Position numbers and translations under genes: made by a program. Under the pieces are notes generated by a model. That model was not told the origin of the DNA and searched no databases. It was given only the letters and a program-made list of their open reading frames with translations. Below, piece after piece: positions 1 through 11,634 of a stretch of DNA of 64,000 nucleotides (its first letter is position 1; every line of letters starts with the position of its first letter). Origin of the DNA: Felis catus (lineage: Eukaryota); contig NC_058376.1 in assembly GCF_018350175.1 (NCBI RefSeq), forward strand, positions 1,922,001 through 1,986,000. The letters are read 5' to 3'.

Positions 1-300
1 GGGCTGGGGGCCTCCCGGCGGAGCGAGCGCAAGCAGCCAGAGCCCCAGGTCTCATCTGAGTGCCGCGCCCCCAGGAGACCCCTCCACACCCCTCACCTTC
101 GTCTCCCCAGAATCACACCTCAGAGAGAACCACCCCACTCACTCCCCAGTGCAGAGGAGGTGAGATGCCAGCCAAGGCCCCGCACTGCCGCCAGGGGAGG
201 CTGACTCTGTCACCCTGACGTCGTCCTCTTTAAAAATTCTCACCCATTAGGCCAGGGCACTTTTTGTTTGCACGAAAGTTAGGAAGCACAGAATATTAAT

Positions 301-327
301 TAAAAAAAATTTTTTTTACTGTTTATT

Positions 328-372
<45 letters not shown>

Positions 373-498
373 CAGCACGAGCAGGGGAGGGGCAGAGAGA
401 GAGGGAGACACAGAATCCAAAGCAGGCTCCAGGCTCCGAGCTGGCAGCACAGAGCCCGACGCGGGGCTCGAACTCACGGACCGTGAGGAAGTGACCCT
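301..498 (-). mobile_element. Can-SINE (SINEC_Fc-like), 5' head missing
   Basis: Poly-T, long (GA)n, then gacacagaatccaaagcaggctccaggctccgagc...ggggctcgaactcacg. Confidence 0.9.
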
Positions 499-1479
499 GT
501 CTGGGACTGAGGCCTGCTGTGGGGAGCCCTGGGAAACGTGGGGGCCCCGTCCAGACAGCCTCGAGGGAAGTGCCCTGGAAGGCAGCACCCCTGGGCCTCA
601 GACGCCAGGGTGTTGGAACTCAAAGTGGCTTAGCCTCTGGGGTCTTCCTCTTGACCTCTGTCACACCGGGCGGGGTCTGCGGCCGGGGACGGCATGGCAC
701 ATTGGCATGTGCAGTCAGAGGCAGGGGGACGTTTGAATAAAACACTGAAGTTCAAGGGCAGATGGAGAGAGAGAGACTCAGAAGGCAATGCCCCTTTTTG
801 CTGTCTCCCTGGAAGGCCCGGCCCCGCCTGCCACCTGGCCCAGAAACCACCTTGGGCCCTGCATCCTGGTGCTGGACTGACCGGGGAGAGTGAGGCCTGG
901 GGCAATGGGGCCTTCTTGCCAAGGGGCCCGCTGTCCGGGTGGCTGTGGCCACCTGAGGCCCGAACATTCCGTCCAGCCACCCGGAGCCGCCTGGAGGTGC
1001 AGTTGGTGACCACCAGGGTGGGCCTCAGAACTCACTGCCATTGGAAATGTTGCCAGGATGTGGCTCGTCAGCAGGATTGCTAAAGCCAGGGTTCCATCAG
1101 CCCGGAGACTGGGAGAGAGGGCCAGTGGAGGCCAGGACTGCAGGTTTATTTGCTTAGCTCCAGATGTGTGCTTGGGAGGAGGCAGACAGCTTCTAGGGCC
1201 AGGAGCCCCAGTAAGACTACAGAGCTGGGGGCCGTGGCTGCCAGAAACAGCCTGGGGGCCTTTCAGTAACGGGAGGGCTGGCTCTGGTTCATCTGGTCGT
1301 GATGTGAGGCTGCGAACCGGCTCGGCCCTGGTTATTAGGGTCCGAAGATGGTGAACATTCACGCTGACCTGTGTGCCCAAGATTGTGCTGGGTTAGATCG
1401 TGAAGGAGGCAGGGAAGAGCCGGGGGTCCCCAGAGTGTTCAGCTGGCCCTGGGGGGACGTGCCTATCAGAATGGTGGCC

Positions 1480-2385
1480 TCAGCAGGCAGGGCGGGGGCA
1501 CACGGGGCGGCAGAGCAGGGACACGCTGGAGGCCGGGCGGCAGCAGGAGGAGGCAGGGGCGCAGCAGGCGGGGCGGGGGCACGCGGGGCGGCAGAGCAGG
1601 GACACGCAGGAGGAGGGTCTGCAGCAGGGGCTGGGCTGGCAGCAGGAAGAGGCTGAGCAGGGGGAGTCCTCGCAGCACACAGGGGTGCAGCAGACGGGCT
1701 TGCAGCAGACGGGCTTGCAGCAGACAGGGGTGCAGCAGACGGGCTTGCAGCAGACAGGGGTGCAGCAGTTTTCCTGGCAGGGGGAGGAGGTGCAGCAGGA
1801 CGGCTGGCAGCATGAAGAGGTTGTGCAGGGGGAGTCCTGGCAGCAGACAGGGGTGCAGCAGGCGGGCCTGCACACGGGGCGGCAGAGCAAGGAAACGCAG
1901 GAGGCCGGGCGGCAGCAGGAGGAGGCAGGGGCGCAGCAGGCGGGGCGGGGGCACGCGGGGTGGCAGAGCAGGGACACGCAGGAGGAGGGTCTGCAGCAGG
2001 GGCTGGGCTGGCAGCAGGAGGGTGCTGAGCAGGGGGAGTTCTCGCAGCAGACAGGGGTGCAGCAGACGGGCTTGCAGCAGACAGGGGTGCAGCAGACGGG
2101 CTTGCAGCAGACAGGGGTGCAGCACACGGGCTTGCAGCAGACAGGGGTGCAGCACACGGGCTTGCAGCACGCAGGGGTGCAGCAGTCTCCCTGGCAGGGG
2201 GAGGAGGGGCCGCACAGGAGGGTCAGGCAGGGGGCGGGGGCGCAGCACGGGGGCTCGCAGCAGCTCTCTGGGCAGTCGTCCACCTGCCAGGAGGAGTCGG
2301 GGCAGGAGTCCGAGGCCCCGGGCAGGCAGACGCGGCTGCCATAGCTCAGGTCGCTGGAGCAGACGGACAGGGTGGACGCGGCCAT
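1480..2385 (-). CDS. KRTAP10: Keratin-associated protein 10 family member, 301 aa, single exon
   Basis: [26 protein letters not shown]...[23 protein letters not shown] (KAP10 N-terminal signature) followed by [10 protein letters not shown] pentapeptide repeats. TATAAAA at 2499-2505 and AATAAA at 1145-1150 (minus). Family-level symbol only. Confidence 0.95.
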   Translation of the reverse strand: MAASTLSVCSSDLSYGSRVCLPGASDSCPDSSWQVDDCPESCCEPPCCAPAPCLTLLCGPSSPCQGDCCTPACCKPVCCTPVCCKPVCCTPVCCKPVCCTPVCCKPVCCTPVCCENSPCSAPSCCQPSPCCRPSSCVSLLCHPACPRPACCAPASSCCRPASCVSLLCRPVCRPACCTPVCCQDSPCTTSSCCQPSCCTSSPCQENCCTPVCCKPVCCTPVCCKPVCCKPVCCTPVCCEDSPCSASSCCQPSPCCRPSSCVSLLCRPACPRPACCAPASSCCRPASSVSLLCRPVCPRPAC

Positions 2386-2498
2386 GGTGGGGGCGGTGGG
2401 GCTGGAGGAGGGAGGGAGTGGATGTGGGTGTGGGTGTGGGTGTGGGTGTGTGAGTGTGTGTGTGAGTGCGGGTGTGCGTGCCAGCTGTTCGGGCTCAC

Positions 2499-2640
2499 TT
2501 TTATAGCCCTCTGTGTTGTGTGTTTCGCCAGCAGAGGCTCAGGACATTTCCCCTTCCTTGTTGGTGTTTAGAGCTAGTTTTCAGGGACCCCTCATTACGG
2601 CTTGTTTATTTTCCCGGAAGATGCCACCCAGCTCGTAAAA
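2499..2640 (-). promoter_or_regulatory. KRTAP10 proximal promoter: TATA, ACCAACAAGGAAG element, TAATGAG, GCTCGTAAAA
   Basis: TATAAAA 2499-2505; CTTCCTTGTTGGT 2553-2565; CTCATTA 2591-2597; GCTCGTAAAA 2631-2640 (+ strand text). Confidence 0.7.
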
Positions 2641-3864
2641 GTCCCCCTGTGTGTTGGGTCCTGAGCGAGTCTGCTGAGTGGGCGTGGGGCCATCCAGCCA
2701 GGCTGGAGCTGAGGCAGGTGGATGTGGTGTGTGTGGGGGGGGTGGGCTCTCAGCCAGTGGACACTCGTCTTAGGGACGTGGTAACAGGGGAGGTGACTCG
2801 GATTCTGGCCTCAGGAATAGCTCCTGATGTGGGTGCCTGTCTCTGGGGCACGTGGTCCCCATTCTCTTGCATTTGTCACCAAGTGCAAAGAGATGAAGGG
2901 AGGGTAGAAATGCCTGAGAGGGCTCTGGCCGTGGTGCGGGCTGTCTCTGCCTGACCACTGCCTGGGTGGAAGGCTGTGGCCTGGGGACGAATGGGCTGTG
3001 TGCTGTGGGGTCAAGTTCGTGGGCAGGGGGAGGGGTGGGCCTGTGCCTGGCCAGGCAGCCGCCATAATTCTCCGGGCGTGTCTCCTTTCCAACCTCTGGG
3101 CTCCCAGGGCCCCTGTGGCTCTGGCCACAAGGTGGGCGTGGTGGGGCAGGGCATGTGGCGCCCCTCACCTCCCCCCCTGGGCTGTGGACCGGTTTCGCAC
3201 CCCCCCCCCCCCGCTTGCTTGCCAAGCAGCTGGTTGCATTTCCTTCTGCCCCTTCTTCCATCTCCCTCCCCGTGCCACTCATTCTCTCCCTGCCATTGTA
3301 TCTTTCCTGGGGCTGAGCCTGGAGTCCCCTCTGTGGGCCCCCGGGACGCCCCTGTGGGATATTCAGGGTCCCGGAAACAGTCACCGAAAGCTCTTGTGCC
3401 AGGCACAGCCAGGGGCCGGGGCAGCAGGGGGTGGGGGCGTGGGGGGTGGGGGTGGGCGAGCAGATGTAGATCAGCCCTGGGCCAGGGCCTCTGCCGGAGG
3501 AGGGGGAGGGGAGACACAGGCAGGTGGGTAACCGGAGGCAGGGTGCCTGTGGGGGCTCAGGGAGTCAGCGGGGCCGGCACGCGGAGGTTCTGTGATATCT
3601 CAGTCACTGTGCAGGGGTGTGGTGGCCGTGCGAGGGGTCTGGGGTGGTGGGAGGGCAGCCGGCTCTCAGAGGCCATGCACACGCGACTGGGTTAGCGTAT
3701 CTGCCAGGTTTGGGGGTGGCTGGACCAGACTCCTTAGAAGGCTGAGGGTTTATTTTATTTTTGAAATTATTACTGCTCTTTTACATTGTCTCGGCGACAT
3801 TTCAAACCAGAATCCTTAGAAACGATGAAAGCTACGTTCATCACACAAACTTGACCGTGCGCGT

Positions 3865-4320
3865 GTGTATTTGCTTCCTGGGATTGGGTGTAACAAACCA
3901 CCACACTCCCGATGCTTTAAAACAACAGAAATTTATTCTCTCAGTTCTGGGGACCAGAGTTCTGAAAGCAGGTCTCTCAAGCTGAGATTGGGGTGTGGGC
4001 AGGGCTCCTGCCCCTCGGGAGACTCTGGAGGAGGGTCTCTCCTGCCCTTTCCAGCTTGGTGACTCCCCCTGGCTTGTGGCCACAGCGTCCCGAGCTCTGC
4101 CTCCCGTCACATCTCCTCCTCCTTGTCTGCCTCTCTGGTGTAAGGACCCCAGACGGCCCCTGGATGTCTAGGGCCCACGTGGCTGGCCCGGGTCACCTGC
4201 CCACCGTGGGATTCTGCATTTAGTCAGCCATCCACAGGTACCCTTCGAAGTCCTTTTTTCCGTGCAAGGGCACAGGCGCCGTTTGGGGTTCTGGTGAAGC
4301 TGTCTTTGGGAGCGTTATGT
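3865..4320. mobile_element. MaLR LTR (MLT1-like)
   Basis: gtaacaaaccaccacact...ttaaaacaacagaaatttattctctcagttctgg is the characteristic MLT1 terminus; the right boundary is approximate. Confidence 0.7.
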
Positions 4321-6524
4321 GACCTATCGCCGTGTCCCTGCAAACATACCTGCACTGCCCACTGCCCACCACTGCTGGGGCTTGAACCACATCAGCTGGG
4401 CCCTCTGGGGGCCTCTGTCCCCTCTGTGGCAAGATGGGCTCATAGGGTTATCTGAGGATGGTGTGATTTAGACACGGCAGGTGCCTGGAGCTTACTAAAT
4501 GCTTCACACAAGTCGGCCGCTCTCACTGGGGTTTTATCAGCCATGTGGTGGCGTCATGCTTAACAATGCGACCTGAGTATCCACTAAGCTTAGAAAAGTC
4601 ATGATGCAATCAGCTAGAAGGTTCTCAGCGGCTGTCAGGCACGTGAGTATGCCCGGAAGGTGCACAGCAGGGCCCGAGGCTTCAGGTCCCGGAGGGCGGT
4701 CACCGTCTGGCCCTGTGGTAAGGTTCAAAGCACGGATTTCTGGGACATAGGTCCTGGCGAACTGGACGGCCTTGTCCTGCACCCGCTGGGGCTTCCCTTT
4801 ACAGGAGACCACGTGCCGGTCCTCACTCCCTAGATGCTTTGGATCGAAAGGGGGGCTCCAGGAGGTCCGTGCTGGCTCTTCCCGCTCAGACTTAGCAGTT
4901 CCGCAGGCACAGAGCTGCAGGGCGCGGACAGGACCACACGGGGACGGGCGAACGCTCTGCCATGTGACCTCAGTGCCGGCGCTCCCCGGCCTGCCCCGGC
5001 CGTCGGCGTGAGGGCGCAGGGCCCCGGAAGGCAGGGTCCTCTCACAGTCGTTGAGTTCCCATCATCTTTCTGCAAGGGCGGCATCTCCTACCGGACCTTC
5101 CGTAGAGGGATGGGCACGAGCCGCGGGGGGCCTGTCATCTTCTGGCCTGGCCCCGTTGCAGCTCTCGGTCCCCGTCTTATCTGCCCGGTGTTGTTTAGCA
5201 AACGAGGGACCCCTGTTGCCAGAACCAGGGAAATGGAGGCAGGCACAGACCCTGAAGGCCCCTCCCTGGAAGAACCGCCAGCCGGGCAGGGGGTGGGGGT
5301 GGGGATGGGAGGGCCACGGCAGGAGCCCCATTCCCCTGGAGGGGGGGCCAGTTCAGCTCAGATGAGCCTAAGCTCAACTTCTGCAGGTCCTGGGGGGTCA
5401 CATCTGGAGGTGCACATGTGGCCTGGAGCCCAGGAGAAGCCGGACGTGTCCGGAGAGAGAGCCAAGGTGCAGGGGGAGGGAGGTCAGGGTGGGGCCCTGC
5501 AAAAGTCAAGAGCTGTGTCCTAGAGGCCGGGGCCAGCTCTGCAGGGACAGATGCATAGGAGAGGGAGCAGGAGTGACACTAACGGGAGCAGGGGGGCCTT
5601 TGGTGGCTGTGCCAGGCTGGGTCAGGGGCTGGGGTGTGGGAGGGTGGGGGGAAGGGTGTCTCGGTGGAGGGTGTGCAGAAGGAGGTCACTGAGAGCCGAG
5701 GCTCTGCTCTGAAGGGGACAGACACAGGCTGCTCTGGGCCGGGAGCGGGGTGGGCGCTGTGCTCTAATCATCACTACAGAGGGAAAGGCATTCGGCCCTG
5801 TGTGTGCGGTCTGAGGACGCAGCTCCGGAGACAGGAGGGTGTTAGGTGCTGGAGAAGGAAGGAGGGGCAGGAGGGCTCTGGCGGCCAAGGGGGTGCTTGC
5901 TGGACCCCTGCACCCCCCCTTCGTCCCCAGGGTACGCCAAACCCTGCGTCCTGCCGGGCTCCCAGCAGAGGGGAGAGATGCCCAGGGTTGCTGTGCCCAG
6001 GATGGCTGCCACTGAGTCCCTGAGGGTCTGCCCGCCAGGGCCACGGCCACGGCCACCACGCCTGTGACTGGCCCAGATCTTGCGGGACTGGAGCCCCGTG
6101 CCAGGCCAGTGAGAGGCGGGGCCCTGAGGAAGGGCTGGCGTGGCCGAGGACCACAGGGCAGCCAATCCTCACTTCTGCGGGGACCGGCTGGGTGTTCAAC
6201 TAGGATTGGCCCCAAGAGAACCAGGTGACACGGGGTTAGTGCAAGTACATTTATTAGGTTTCCCCAAGCAGCTTCCGAGGAGGGGAGGCCATTGCGGCCT
6301 GTGCTTCGGACGTGGTCGCAAGTCATGACCATTGGGACCCCGGGAGGAGTGTGGCAGGGGGGTGGGAAGAGTCATCCTGAGTTGGGTGGGAACCCCCTCC
6401 CACCCAGGCCTGAGAGGAGGGGGTGCTGTCTATACTTGGCAGGGGCCTAAGAGACAGACCCCAAAGCAGCTGGGAGGCTGGTAGGTGGGAGCGCTGGGGG
6501 TCCCCACAGTGACGGCTGGTCACA

Positions 6525-7379
6525 TCACTGGCAGCAGGACTTCTGGGCCGAGGCAGGGCAGGAGCAGGCAGGGCGGGGGCACACGGGGCGGCAGAGCAGG
6601 GATACACTGGAGGAGGGTCTGCAGCAGGGGCTGGGCTGGCAACAGGAGGGGGCTGAGCAGGGGGAGTCCTCGCAGCACACAGGGGTGCAGCACACGGGTT
6701 TGCAGCACACAGGGGTGCAGCAGACGGGCTTGCAGCAGACAGGGGTGCAGCAGACGGGCTTGCAGCAGACAGGGGTGCAGCAGGTGGGCCTGCACACGGG
6801 GCGGCAGAGCAGGGACACGCAGGAGGAGGGTCTGCAGCAGGGGCTGGGCTGGCAGCAGGAGGGGGCTGAGCAGGGGGAGTCCTCGCAGCAGACAGGGGTG
6901 CAGCACACGGGCTTGCAGCAGACAGGGGTGCAGCAGGTGGGCCTGCACACGGGGCGGCAGAGCAGGGATACACTGGAGGAGGGTCTGCAGCAGGGGCTGG
7001 GCTGGCAGCAGGAGGGGGCTGAGCAGGGGGAGTCCTCGCAGCAGACAGGGGTGCAGCACACAGGCTTGCAGCAGACAGGGGTGCAGCAGACGGGCTTGCA
7101 GCAGACAGGGGTGCAGCAGACGGGCTTACAGCACGCAGGGGTGCAGCAGACGGGCTTGCAGCACGCAGGGGTGCAGCAGTCTCCCTGGCAGGGGGAGGAG
7201 GGGCCGCACAGGAGGGTCAGGCAGGGGGCGGGGGCGCAGCACGGGGGCTCGCAGCAGCTCTCTGGGCAGTCGTCCACCTGCCAGGAGGAGTCGGGGCAGG
7301 AGTCCGAGGCCCCGGGCAGGCAGACGCGGCTGCCATAGCTCAGGTCGCTGGAGCAGACGGACAGGGTGGACGCGGCCAT
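6525..7379 (-). CDS. KRTAP10: Keratin-associated protein 10 family member, 284 aa
   Basis: True ATG at 7379 (MAASTLSVC...); the ORF-track extension to 7472 runs into the TATA box. Ends ...[16 protein letters not shown] at 7463-7469, AATAAA at 6250-6255. Confidence 0.95.
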   Translation of the reverse strand: MAASTLSVCSSDLSYGSRVCLPGASDSCPDSSWQVDDCPESCCEPPCCAPAPCLTLLCGPSSPCQGDCCTPACCKPVCCTPACCKPVCCTPVCCKPVCCTPVCCKPVCCTPVCCEDSPCSAPSCCQPSPCCRPSSSVSLLCRPVCRPTCCTPVCCKPVCCTPVCCEDSPCSAPSCCQPSPCCRPSSCVSLLCRPVCRPTCCTPVCCKPVCCTPVCCKPVCCTPVCCKPVCCTPVCCEDSPCSAPSCCQPSPCCRPSSSVSLLCRPVCPRPACSCPASAQKSCCQ

Positions 7380-7462
7380 GGCGAGGGCGGTGGGGCTGGA
7401 GGAGGGAGTGCGTGTGAGTGTGTGTGTGTGTGTGTGTGGTGGGTGCTCGGAGTGTTTGGGGC

Positions 7463-7590
7463 TTATATACACCTCGGGGCTGTGTGCTCTTCATCACGAG
7501 GCCTGAAAAGCCTGTCCGCTTGTTGCTGGAGCATGTCCCTGAGGAAGCTGGTCACGGGCCCGCGGCGGGTATCTTAGCCCATTAATGACG
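7463..7590 (-). promoter_or_regulatory. KRTAP10 proximal promoter
   Basis: TATATAA 7463-7469; CTTGTTG about 50 bp upstream; CCATTAATGA 7579-7588. Confidence 0.6.
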
Positions 7591-7852
7591 AGGGAGGGTC
7601 AGTCACCCCTGATGCCCGCCCTCCTCTCCCAGCGTCCCTCTGCGGCTCCTTACTGTTACTTCCCGTGCCTCTCAGCACCAGAGAATTCATGGGCCTATTT
7701 TTTCATGTTGTCTTTATTTGGGGAAATACTTCTGTTCCGAATCCATCAACCAACGGATAGCTTGGGAGCTGTATTTATTTTTGGTGTATGTGCAAACACG
7801 CGTGTGTAATAGCTCTTCTGTGCCCGCAGCTATTCGGAACAAGTTTGTGTAC

Positions 7853-8057
7853 ATTTTTTTAAATGTTTATTTTTGAGAGAGACAGAGCACAATTGGGGGA
7901 GGGGCAGAGAGAGAGAGAGGGAGACACAGAATCCGAAGCAGGTTCCAGGCTCGGAGCTGTCAGCACAGAGCCCGACGTGGGGCTCGAGCTCCCAAACCGT
8001 GAGATCACGACCCGAGCGGAAGTCGGACGCTTAACCGACTGAGCCACTCAGGCGCCC
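7853..8057 (-). mobile_element. Can-SINE (SINEC_Fc-like)
   Basis: Full consensus ending gactgagccactcaggcgccc. Confidence 0.93.
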
Positions 8058-8094
8058 TGAAAGTCTGTACATGTTAATTCCGTGACCCTGAACC

Positions 8095-8210
8095 TTGTGA
8101 AGTAGGAACTGTTGTTCCCATTTTACAGATGGGGAAACCGAGGCACGAGTGAACACCAACACCCATACAAAGTGAGCAGAAGGGCCCGGATCAGAAGTGG
8201 GGGGCCCATG
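8095..8210. mobile_element. MIR fragment
   Basis: MIR core cccattttacagatggggaaaccgaggcac. Confidence 0.65.
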
Positions 8211-9764
8211 TTCTCAGGCCAAGAGTCCTGCTGTCCCAGAGGGCAGAGAGCAGGCTGGCTTCTGGGAGATGCGAGGGCACAGGATGAACGCAGATTTAGA
8301 AATGGCAGCGAGAGGTGTCCGGGAAGGTGTGCGGTGGGTGCCGGTCGGCAGGCAGCACCTGGTAAGGCGGTGCTTCTAGAACCTGGGAGAACGTGTGCTC
8401 AGTGGCCGCAGGATCTTGTGCACGGACTGTGGGGCGAGGTTGCGGGAGGCAGGTGGTCGGTAAGAGCGGGACCTTGCCCGGCTGAGAGCAGGGAGCGTGG
8501 GACAGGGCGAGTGTCCCACGTGGGCTGAGGCAGCGGCCTGCAGGACCCCGGCAGGTGGCGCTGGTGAGCCATCAGCTGGCGCAGGCGGGGATGGGGACTC
8601 GCGGCCAGGGGAGGCCCTGCGCACGGCCTGACTGAGACTGCCAGCTTGGTGATCGCCCCCCCCCCCCCCGACTGTCCACACTCGCAGCGGGAGGGACCAC
8701 TGCCCTCTGTGCGGGGAGGCCGGCCTGCAGTGGCCGCTTGGGCTCCGAGCGGGAGCCTGGTGTCATCAGGAGAGCAGGGATGCAAGGGGGGGGTGGGCAG
8801 AGCCCCTGAGCGCCCAGAAGCCTCAGGAGTGGAGGGAGAGCAGGTGGGCCCCCAGGGTTTGGGGGGCCCCTTCTGGAGGTGATGCGGGGCATTTCTGGGG
8901 AGCGTGGGGGCTCCGGGGAAGCAGGCTAGAGGGCTGTGGTGGGTGTGGCTGGTGCCGGCCAGACGGGCCGCCCTTCCTGAGCCGAGGCAGGTGCAGGCGC
9001 CGGGGTCTCTGCTCACGCGGGCACGGACGGGCCACACGCGGCCAGACGCCAGTGCCCCGCAGGGAAGACAGACTTGAATGAGGATGACGCGGCGGGGCCG
9101 AGACTTGGGCATGGAGCTGAACGGGGTGCCCCGCGCAGGCAGCAGGGTGGTTGGCCAGAGGGGAGCAAACGCTGACGTGCAGAGGGTCTTGGCTGGGGCG
9201 GGGGGCATCCGGGTTTGGGACTGGCAGTGTGGGGTGGGGCCCCTGCCTCCCAAAGAGACGGGCAGGCCACTTTCCTGATGACGCTTCAAAAGGATGGCGC
9301 CCTGCTTTCCGCGAAGCTGCGCTTGTGCCAGGCGCGCCTCCGGGGGGCTGGGGTCTGTAGCTGCTTTGCGGGGACACCTCTCGAGCGGGGGCTGGGGCTG
9401 GGGTCGGGGGCGGCCAGGCTTTCCGGGCACGTGCTTCTCCAAATGCTCCTGCGCTGAGAGTGAAGGCAGTGCCCGCCTCGCTCACGGCCGCCCACCCCTC
9501 TGACGCCTGCCCGGACGCACACTCGGTCCCCTGGGACGCTGGCGCTGCTCACATTCGTGGCCGCCCAACAGGCGAGTGCTCTGTGGGCCAGCGGGGAGCC
9601 GTCCCCCCCTTGTCGCGGGAGCAGATGCCACACGGTTATCTCGAGTCTCCCCGACCCGGTGCTGCGCCCACTGGCGGGGGCTCTGCCCGTGTTCCCTCCG
9701 CTCACCGCCTCCCTGAGACGGCCACCTGCGGCCTCCTGTGCGCGTGTGCAATTATGAGCACGCA

Positions 9765-9957
9765 GGGGACCACTGGGTGGCTCAGTCGGGTGGGTGTTTG
9801 GCTCTGGATTTTGGCTCAGGTCGTGACCTAACTGTTCGCGAGTTCGAGCCCTGTGTCAGACTCTGTGCTGACGGCAAGGAACCTGCTTGGGATTTTCTCT
9901 CTCTCTCTCTGACCCTCCCCCATGCGTGCTCTCTCTCAAAATAAATTAAAAAAGACT
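9765..9957 (+). mobile_element. Can-SINE with target-site duplication
   Basis: tRNA-like head tgggtggctcagtcgg, (CT)n and A tail; flanked by aattatgagca(c/t)gca. Confidence 0.9.
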
Positions 9958-10638
9958 AAAATTATGAGCATGCAGTGGTTGTTATATGTTATTATTGCAG
10001 CTACCGTTACAAGTATGACAAAGCCATATTCTTCTGTTTGACTTTCTTTAAAAAAGTTTTTTAATTGTAGTAAAACAGAAATAACAGAAAATCTGCCATT
10101 GTACCCATTTTCAAGTGCACAGTGTCGGGGCACTAAGTGCATTCGCGATTGTGCAGCTGTCTCCACCGTCCAGCTTCAGGACTTTTGCCATCATCCCGAA
10201 CTGAAACTCTGTCCCCGTGGGACACTGCCTCCCGTCCCGCAGTCCCCCCAGCAACCCCCTCCCCCCCATCCTACTGTTTCTGAGTCTGGCTGCTCTGGTA
10301 CGTCATACGAGCGGGGTCAGACCATCGCTGTCCTTTTGTGGCTGGCTGACTTCACACAGCATCATGTCCCCAAGGCTCATTCACGTCGCAGCGGGTGTCA
10401 GCACGTCTTTCATGTCGTGAGTGAAGAATATTCCACTCTGTGGACGGACCACATTTTGCTTAGCCATCCGTCAGTGGACCCCTGGGTCGTTTTACCTTCT
10501 TGCTGTTGTGAACAATGCTGCAAAGAACATCTGACTGCCTTCTTTACTTTTGGGGGGTATATTCTTAGGAGTGGAGTTTCTGGGGGCGTGTGGTAAGTGC
10601 CAGAATGTTTCCAGGCTGGTGCACGACTTGATAGTCCC

Positions 10639-11634
10639 NNNNNNNNNNNNNNNNNNNNNNNNNNNNNNNNNNNNNNNNNNNNNNNNNNNNNNNNNNNNNN
10701 NNNNNNNNNNNNNNNNNNNNNNNNNNNNNNNNNNNNNNNNNNNNNNNNNNNNNNNNNNNNNNNNNNNNNNNNNNNNNNNNNNNNNNNNNNNNNNNNNNNN
10801 NNNNNNNNNNNNNNNNNNNNNNNNNNNNNNNNNNNNNNNNNNNNNNNNNNNNNNNNNNNNNNNNNNNNNNNNNNNNNNNNNNNNNNNNNNNNNNNNNNNN
10901 NNNNNNNNNNNNNNNNNNNNNNNNNNNNNNNNNNNNNNNNNNNNNNNNNNNNNNNNNNNNNNNNNNNNNNNNNNNNNNNNNNNNNNNNNNNNNNNNNNNN
11001 NNNNNNNNNNNNNNNNNNNNNNNNNNNNNNNNNNNNNNNNNNNNNNNNNNNNNNNNNNNNNNNNNNNNNNNNNNNNNNNNNNNNNNNNNNNNNNNNNNNN
11101 NNNNNNNNNNNNNNNNNNNNNNNNNNNNNNNNNNNNNNNNNNNNNNNNNNNNNNNNNNNNNNNNNNNNNNNNNNNNNNNNNNNNNNNNNNNNNNNNNNNN
11201 NNNNNNNNNNNNNNNNNNNNNNNNNNNNNNNNNNNNNNNNNNNNNNNNNNNNNNNNNNNNNNNNNNNNNNNNNNNNNNNNNNNNNNNNNNNNNNNNNNNN
11301 NNNNNNNNNNNNNNNNNNNNNNNNNNNNNNNNNNNNNNNNNNNNNNNNNNNNNNNNNNNNNNNNNNNNNNNNNNNNNNNNNNNNNNNNNNNNNNNNNNNN
11401 NNNNNNNNNNNNNNNNNNNNNNNNNNNNNNNNNNNNNNNNNNNNNNNNNNNNNNNNNNNNNNNNNNNNNNNNNNNNNNNNNNNNNNNNNNNNNNNNNNNN
11501 NNNNNNNNNNNNNNNNNNNNNNNNNNNNNNNNNNNNNNNNNNNNNNNNNNNNNNNNNNNNNNNNNNNNNNNNNNNNNNNNNNNNNNNNNNNNNNNNNNNN
11601 NNNNNNNNNNNNNNNNNNNNNNNNNNNNNNNNNN
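10639..11634. other. Assembly gap (N run); other gaps at 22656-22831, 29302-29459, 30104-30258, 51526-51707, 51755-51964
   Basis: N runs seen directly, all within L1 sequence. Confidence 1.

Noticed and set aside
316-588. Recurrent peptides such as SVSSSPASGSVLTA...SVSPSLSAPP at many loci
   Set aside because: Translations of Can-SINE sequence, not a gene family; the SINE heads are tRNA-derived but are not tRNA genes.
1400-2344. Long Gln-rich antisense ORFs ([10 protein letters not shown]; also 6685-7338, 48420-49091, 60472-61509) and alternative-frame ORFs over KRTAPs
   Set aside because: Shadows of TGC-rich, GC-rich tandem coding repeats that lack stops in other frames; no independent promoter or polyA evidence.
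8399-9442. 347-aa ORF and other long Pro/Gly/Arg-rich ORFs (46776-47786, 32589-33659, 4834-5523)
   Set aside because: Expected in very GC-rich DNA; no recognisable domain, and overlapping ORFs occur in several frames.
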